Positions 56,701-64,000 of a stretch of 64,000 bases of DNA are shown one piece after another (the first letter of the stretch is position 1; each line of letters opens with the position of its first letter). The stretch covers positions 40,548,001 to 40,612,000 of the forward strand of contig OX597839.1 in assembly GCA_951406725.2 (NCBI GenBank), in the 5' to 3' direction. The stretch is from Octopus vulgaris (Eukaryota). A program made the position numbers and the translations under genes. A model generated the notes under the pieces. That model had not been told where the DNA came from. It saw only the letters and a list, made by a program, of their open reading frames with translations, and made no database searches.

Positions 56701-57570
56701 CAGGAGAGATTTTGAGCTCTCATAAGGAGGCGAGTGTAGGTTCCTGTTGCTGGATGCCTGTATCCCTGGAGATTACATCAGGGTAGGAGAGTGTGCGCCC
56801 TCTGGTATTGCGAGTAGATGGCTTCCAGAGGAGAAGAGTAGAAATTACCTCTTTTTCAGCTCTACAACAATGTCCAGCAAACTGGACTCTCCTACCTTTC
56901 ACAAGAGATGAAACAGGTGGTAGTTTCCGATATATTTGCATTTTGGTTGGATGACGCTTCCACGAGAGATTTTGAGCTCTCATAAGGAGGCGAGTGTAGG
57001 TTCCTGTTGCTGGATGCCTGTATCCCTGGAGATTACATCAGGGTAGGAGAGTGTGCGCCCTCTGGTATTGCGAGTAGATGGCTTCCAGTGGAGACGAGTA
57101 GATTTTACCTCTTTTTCAGCTCTACAACAATGTCCAGCAAACTGGACTCTCCTACCTTTCACAAGAGATGAAACAGGTGGTAGTTTCCCATATATTTGCA
57201 TTTTGGTTGGATGGCGCTTCCACGAGAGATTTTGAGCTCTCATAAGGAGGTGAGTGTAGGTTCCTGTTGCTGGATGCCTGTATCCCTGGAGATTACATCA
57301 GGGTAGGAGAGTGTGCGCCCTCTGGTATTGCGAGTAGATGGCTTCCAGTGGAGACGAGTAGATTTTACCTCTTTTTCAGCTCTACAACAATGTCCAGCAA
57401 ACTGGACTCTCCTACCTTTCACAAGAGATGACACAGGTGGTAGTTTCCCATATATTTGCATTTTGGTAGGATGGCGCTTCCACGAGAGATTTTGAGCTCT
57501 CTCTTGAGCTCTCATAAGGAGGCGAGTGTAGGTTCCATCCAAACGCCTCTCAAGCTTCAAGGATAATGTG
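53795..57570 (-). mobile_element. 5'-truncated RTE-like LINE 3' end with internal tandem amplification
   Basis: Collapsed reading TLSLKLERRLDGTYTRLLMRAQNLSWKRHPTK...RRVQFAGHCCR...LLLWKP...RGRTLSYPDVISRDTG...DREVW matches the RTE-type post-RT C-terminus. Confidence 0.88.
53882..57536. repeat. Tandem array of 14 x 260-bp units derived from LINE coding sequence
   Basis: TCCTGTTGCTGGATGCC recurs every 260 bp from 53882 to 57262; the last unit has a 12-bp duplication. Confidence 0.97.
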
Positions 57571-57914
57571 TAAAGACATAAACCTATAGAAACTCTGATG
57601 TAGCTATCAGGAGATGCACAAGAACTCTGCCCTGAGTGCACTGCTTTCTGTAACAGAAACAGATGTAAGTAAAAAATAGTTGAATACGTAATTGTTGTTC
57701 CATTGTTAGTTGTTTAATTAACTTCATATACTCATTCGAATGAATGTATATATGTGTGTATATGTATGTATGTATACATACATACAGACATATATAGGTA
57801 CACACACATATATAGAAAGGTAGATACTTACATATGTACATACATATATATATATATATATATATAAACATATATATATATAAACATATATATACATATA
57901 TAAACATATATATC

Positions 57915-58242
57915 ACCATCAAAATACAGGACTAGATACTGCAACAGCTTGGGTTTCAGAGGGCCACAGCTCTTTAACATCCTCCCTAAATTCCTGAGAG
58001 ACTTGCACGGTGTGGATATGGGTTTCTTTAAAACTAAACTGGATCTCTTCTTGTCGGGGATCCCAGATGAACCTACCTCACGACAGGAGACGCGGATGCG
58101 GGCAGCGGCATCGAACTCCCTTGTTGACCAAGTGCCACGTATCAGAGGTGGATTCACATATTAGTGTAGCTCATTCAGCGGTGGTGCCGTAGCATGGCCG
58201 CGGCCTTCGGGCTAAAACATTTTTAAGGATTTTAAGGATTTA
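57915..58242 (+). mobile_element. CR1-group LINE 3' end related to 20470-21290
   Basis: GFRGPQLFNILPKFLRDLHGVD...FKTKLDLFLSGIPDEPTSRQETRMRAAASNSL; (TTTTAAGGA)n tail. Confidence 0.9.
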
Positions 58243-58276
58243 TATATATATACACACATGTATACATACACACACA

Positions 58277-58332
<56 letters not shown>

Positions 58333-58521
58333 TGTTCAGACATGTATACATATCTATAATTTACACTATGTGAATATATGACAATATATTCATAAACACA
58401 CATAGATATACACGCACACACACACACAAAATATACAGAAATATATTTACAGACAGATAAATAGGCAATTATAGATTTATTATATATCATATATTATTAT
58501 ATAAACATGCATAACTTTACA

Positions 58522-58552
<31 letters not shown>

Positions 58553-58893
58553 TGTGTAAATCGTGTATATATATACGTATGTATGTGTGTGTTTCTATGT
58601 ATACCTTCCACGGATACACATATACTGGAAGTATTACAGTTAATCAAATACACACATGAATACAGACAAGTAATTTTGTATTTCCTTTTTTTTTTTTTTT
58701 TGAAACCCAACGGAAATAAGATTGTCCGCCTCATTAAACAACAGAATATATTGATTCAAACTAACCGGCTGAAATTATTGTAATATTTAGATAAACAGCC
58801 ACCAGTATAGGTACGTAAATACATATAGACACATACATTTTTACATACATAAGCAAATACATATATATATATACATATCCATGCATACATATA

Positions 58894-58944
<51 letters not shown>

Positions 58945-58980
58945 GTACATAATATCTATATATATATATGCATATATATA

Positions 58981-59028
<48 letters not shown>

Positions 59029-59105
59029 CATATCCATGCATACATATATTCATATATATATATATACACGTACATAATATCTATATATATATATGCATAT
59101 ATATA

Positions 59106-59168
<63 letters not shown>

Positions 59169-59201
59169 GTATATGTATGTATGTATGTATATATATGTAT
59201 A

Positions 59202-59252
<51 letters not shown>

Positions 59253-59862
59253 TTACATATATATATATATATATATATATATACTTACATACATATGTAG
59301 AAATCTCAATTTATAAACCGCTTAATTTCCGAGGTCGGTTGAGATCACTTATACCTCTTAATATACATCTCATTTACGCCTCTCCCTAATCATCTCCACC
59401 CACACACAATGTATAACGCCCACCTACTCAAACACACGCATCAGGCATTTCCTGCTACATTTAGCATTTCTGCTTTCCTGTCGCGGCCACGACGCCGGGT
59501 TTCCAGGATAGCTCATGTTCTTCCTACTCTACCATTCCTACCCCCGCATCCGTATGGGCTACCCGCACGTGTTACTATGTTTCCAAAGGTGAATTATCCA
59601 AATTCCAAAGAATTCCTCTCAACACATGGTCATGATGCTCCCCAAGTACCTCTGCTCATGATCGGAGATGCACATATCGTCAGCCATTAAGAGACATGCT
59701 CAGCTGGTTATGGTCAAACAACTGACAAGCAAATCTGTGGTATTGAGCAGAATATTTGCTGTAGCCCATCTTTTATACCAAGACAAAACAATGTACATGA
59801 TAACACTTCCAGTCAAATAAGATCAGAAACCATGAGAGCCATGCCTGGTACTGCATCAGGGC

Positions 59863-60062
<200 letters not shown>

Positions 60063-60574
60063 CTATTCGTTAGCACGCTGGACGATATGCTTAGCGAATT
60101 TTCGTTCGTCGGTTCGTTCCGAGTTCAAATTCCGTCGAGGGTGAAATTGACTTTGGTCCTTTCGGGGTCAACAAATTAAGTACCAGTTGCGTATTGGGGG
60201 GTCGATGTAATCGACATCGTGTTCTTTTTTTTTTTTTTTTCTTTTTTCCTTCTCTGAAACAGTTGTAGGAAAAACTTCGGAGAAAGATTTAGCTGCTACT
60301 ACTAGCATGTCGCGCAGCTACATAAACGCTCTCTCGGTGTCTTTTGATCGTGTGCGGTATATATTTCACATCTAAGTGGACTGATCCACAAAATAATAAA
60401 ACAAAGACATTTTTTTTTTTTTTTGCCGCAGACGAACAACAATGGCGGTTATCTATGTTTATAAGTGTCTTTGTCATGATCGCATTCACATTTTTACTTC
60501 TCTAAAACAGCGAGATTATAAATGATTCCCAATAACAGCTGAGACGACAAACAGTGTTGTCTGTTGAGAATTTT

Positions 60575-61040
<466 letters not shown>

Positions 61041-61300
61041 TTCTGTTTAAGAGTTTGAAGAACCGGTGAAGAATGGAATTTGAAAGAGAATTTTAATGGA
61101 CTTCAAAAACCAATGTAAATATCCTGGCTGTAATTTTCGAGTAACTATAAATAGGTAATTGTTGTGCTAGAAATCAATACATAACAAATAAATACCAATG
61201 AATAACGGTAAACAAACGGAAGGATAAGAAGACACGCTGTCAGTTCTTAGGAGACATACCAAGGAACACGAGATACCGTGGAGGAATATTCATTTAGGGG

Positions 61301-61694
61301 GTGGAGGCGCAATGGCCCAGTGGTTAGGGCAGCGGACCCGCGGTCGTAGGATCGCGGTTTCGATTCCCAGACCGGGCGTTGTGTGTGTTTATTGAGCAAA
61401 AACACCTAAAGATCCACGAGGCTCCGGCAGGGGATGGTGGTGATCCCTGCTGTACTCTTTCACCACAACTTTCTCTCACTCTTACTTCCTGTTTCTGTTG
61501 TACCTGTATTTCAAAGGGCCGGCCTTGTCACACTCTGTGTCACGCTGAATATCCCCGAGAACTACGTTAAATGTACACGTGTCTGTGGAGTGCTCAGCCA
61601 CTTACACGTTAATTTCAGGAGCAGGCTGTTCCGTTGATTCGGATTATCCAGAACCCTCGTCGTCGTAACCGACGGAGTGCTTCCATTCCATTCC
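61301..61694 (+). mobile_element. SINE family B
   Basis: Full length; (TTCCA)n tail; TSD ATTCATTTAGGGG. Confidence 0.92.
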
Positions 61695-62124
61695 ATTCAT
61701 TTAGGGGATTAGTTTTAAGATACATCTTTTGGATGCTTTGGGCTTCATCATCAATGACGTTTCTGATTTTTTTTATTCACCATAAAGGTTATACATAGAA
61801 TTGGACAGCACATTCGGGGAACTTAAAATAACAATAGCGAATGACAAGACAAGAAAAAAATAAAATTGATAATGAATTATGAATAAATAATTACAAATGA
61901 GGTGTAAATATCCACTCGATCCCCGGAATCGAGAGGTTACATTTTCGTCAGTTTTTTCCACAAAATATTTCACCGAATTTTTAAATACAAATATTTTTCA
62001 TAAAATTCCAACAAACATTCTACAGAATTTCAAAAATACCTTTCTCAACATTTCAAAATACATTTCGTCAATGAGGTATCTGATGTATTGAAGGGCATCA
62101 GAACATTCAATAACAGAGACCCCA

Positions 62125-62630
62125 TTCTTTGCGCATTTGACTCGGCTAGGGTTGATCAAGTTCCAGCTTGTATCTCAAAACCAGCAAACCAACTGTCTGC
62201 TCTCTCACTCTATCCAAAGGCATCTTGTAGTATTCTGTGCAACTTCAATTATGGAAATTATAACTCTCTTCTTTGCTGCACCAGGAACTCCAATCCCAGT
62301 CGGAGCTGTCCACAAAAGAACACCCCACAAAATTCTGCCAGCCCCGATTTTTGCACTGCTCTATCAGTTCCTGGTATTTAGCAAGTTCCCTCTCGTAAGC
62401 TTCCTCCATGTGTTTCTAGAGTCTCAGGTCTTTGAACATCAGATTCCACTCACCCAGTGTGTCTAACCGTGGTTCATTAATCTCCAGCTTGTCTCCCAAT
62501 AGCCGTATACCACTGGTCCGCCCCCACTGTCTCCAAAACCACCTAGTGGCCCTCTCTGCAGCTTGAGTGACGGAACTTATAGCCCTCCTCATTGCTGCGC
62601 CGGTTACTCCAACCCAGTCAGAGCTAGACG
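62125..62630 (-). mobile_element. Two tandem decayed 3' ends of a HERO-like (RLE-type) non-LTR retrotransposon
   Basis: VGVTGAAMRRAISSVTQAAERATRWFW plus UTR, then MEEAYERELAKYQELIEQCKNRGW...IGVPGAAKKRVIISIIEVAQNTTRCLWI plus a similar UTR (ACAAGCTGG...TGATCAACCC). Confidence 0.75.
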
Positions 62631-62777
62631 CAACACAAAAACAAACAGCGATATAAAACCACGAATGCGTATAACGAAAACGTTCAGTGACAGCTGTCAC
62701 AATGCTATCAGCAAAATTTCACAAGTAAATCTTATAAAACTAAATTCTTGTATTGTTTTCTAATATTCTTTACTAAT

Positions 62778-63050
62778 CTAGGCACAAGCCCTGTAATTTT
62801 GGGGGAGAGGTCCAAGCCGATTAGATCGACCCCAGTACGCAACTGATGCTTAATTTATCCACCCTGAAAGGATGAAAAGCAAAGTCGACCTCGGCAGAAT
62901 TTGAACTGAAAACGTAAAGACAGACGAAATGAATTGTTTTCTAATATTATCGTAGCTTAGAAGGCGACGAGCTGGCAGAATCGATAGCACGCCGGGCAAA
63001 ATGCTTAGTGGTGTTTCGCCTGTCTTTATGTTCTGAGTTCAAATTCTGTG
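62778..63050. mobile_element. Two SINE family A fragments (- 62778-62930; + 62962-63050)
   Basis: Family A motifs. Confidence 0.8.
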
Positions 63051-63145
63051 ACAGACCAGTGTTCCATCCAAAGGTTAGTAGGAAATATATACTCCATAGA
63101 CTCCAGGAAACTGGCTTTATGAGCCTATGGCTTAGGAAGGAACTG

Positions 63146-63392
63146 TGGAAGCATGTGGCTTAATGGTTAAGGTGTTGTACTCATGATTGTAAGATTGTGG
63201 TTTCGAATCCTGGACCGGGTGACGCGTTGTGTCCTTCAGCAAAACACTTCATTTCGCGTTGCCCCAGTCCATTCAGCTGGCAAAAATGAGTAATCCTGCA
63301 ACAGACCGGTGTTCCGTCTACGTGGGGAATTCAGACACCATGGAGACTGGGAAACCAGCCCTTAGGAGTCGGTATGACACGAGAAGGAAACT
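63146..63392 (+). mobile_element. SINE family D
   Basis: A-box TGGCTTAATGG, B-box GGTTTCGAATCC, TTGTGTCCTT.AGCAAAACACTT core-like motif; homologous to 11305-11519. Confidence 0.85.
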
Positions 63393-63720
63393 GTACCTTT
63401 GCCATTACCCTCCACCTACATCCAAGCCGTTATGACAACGTTAATCTTCAAAAATAAGAATGCATACAGAAACGCATCCAAATACAAAATATTCGGTGAC
63501 ACCTATCACGGTTATAAAGACAAAATTTGGCAAGTAATTCTAGGAAGTTCTTTTATTGAGATGTTTCATATTATATTCTTCTCTAATTTCATTTCTACCC
63601 TCAAACGGAGAAACGGTGAATGAATATTACAATAAAGAAGAGAGGATCGTTTGATCTCGGAATTGCTGCTTCTCAAGTGCTTACTTTCGTTTTCTAAGAC
63701 ATTTCCAAACACTCATATTC

Positions 63721-63772
<52 letters not shown>

Positions 63773-63961
63773 CTTGCGTATACGGTATTTATATGTAACA
63801 GAGTAAGCGGGTGTATACATATAATGTCTATTATATACGTACTATGTATGTGCATGTATATATACGCATATATGCCTGTATACATATATACATATAACTA
63901 TGTATATATGCATACATATATTTATATTTATGTATATATGTATATAGACACACACAAACAA

Positions 63962-64000
<39 letters not shown>

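Noticed and set aside
53882-57536. Array as a CRISPR locus or a tandem gene family
   Set aside because: There is no repeat-spacer alternation; the whole unit is LINE coding sequence continuous with the flanks.
61301-61375. tRNA-Arg gene
   Set aside because: The A and B boxes belong to a SINE head with body, tail and TSD; the acceptor stem is not intact.

Overview
Eukaryotic, AT-rich, microsatellite-saturated DNA. The SINE repertoire looks like an octopus/cephalopod genome (recognised from memory, not verified). The window is most likely intronic or intergenic, and almost every ORF in the supplied track is a translated microsatellite. Supported content: (i) about 30 copies or fragments of four tRNA-derived SINE families; (ii) 5'-truncated non-LTR retrotransposons (three CR1-like 3' ends, two Tx1-like copies each sitting inside (GATA)n, two tandem HERO-like RLE 3' ends, and an RTE-like 3' end whose internal 260 bp is amplified 14 times with a trimeric higher-order pattern); (iii) a decayed Penelope-like GIY-YIG region; (iv) several small, often palindromic, non-coding elements, mostly in (TA)n, carrying type I hammerhead-ribozyme motifs; (v) a Tc1 fragment and a 292-bp non-autonomous Helitron; (vi) one good candidate 99-nt coding exon and a cryptic 42-bp-period repeat. 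The most interesting signals are the hammerhead-bearing palindromes, the LINE-derived satellite, the apparent (GATA)n-targeting Tx1 and its possible partner SINE, and 184-bp SINE multimers with a fixed junction. All alignments were made by eye, so boundaries are approximate.
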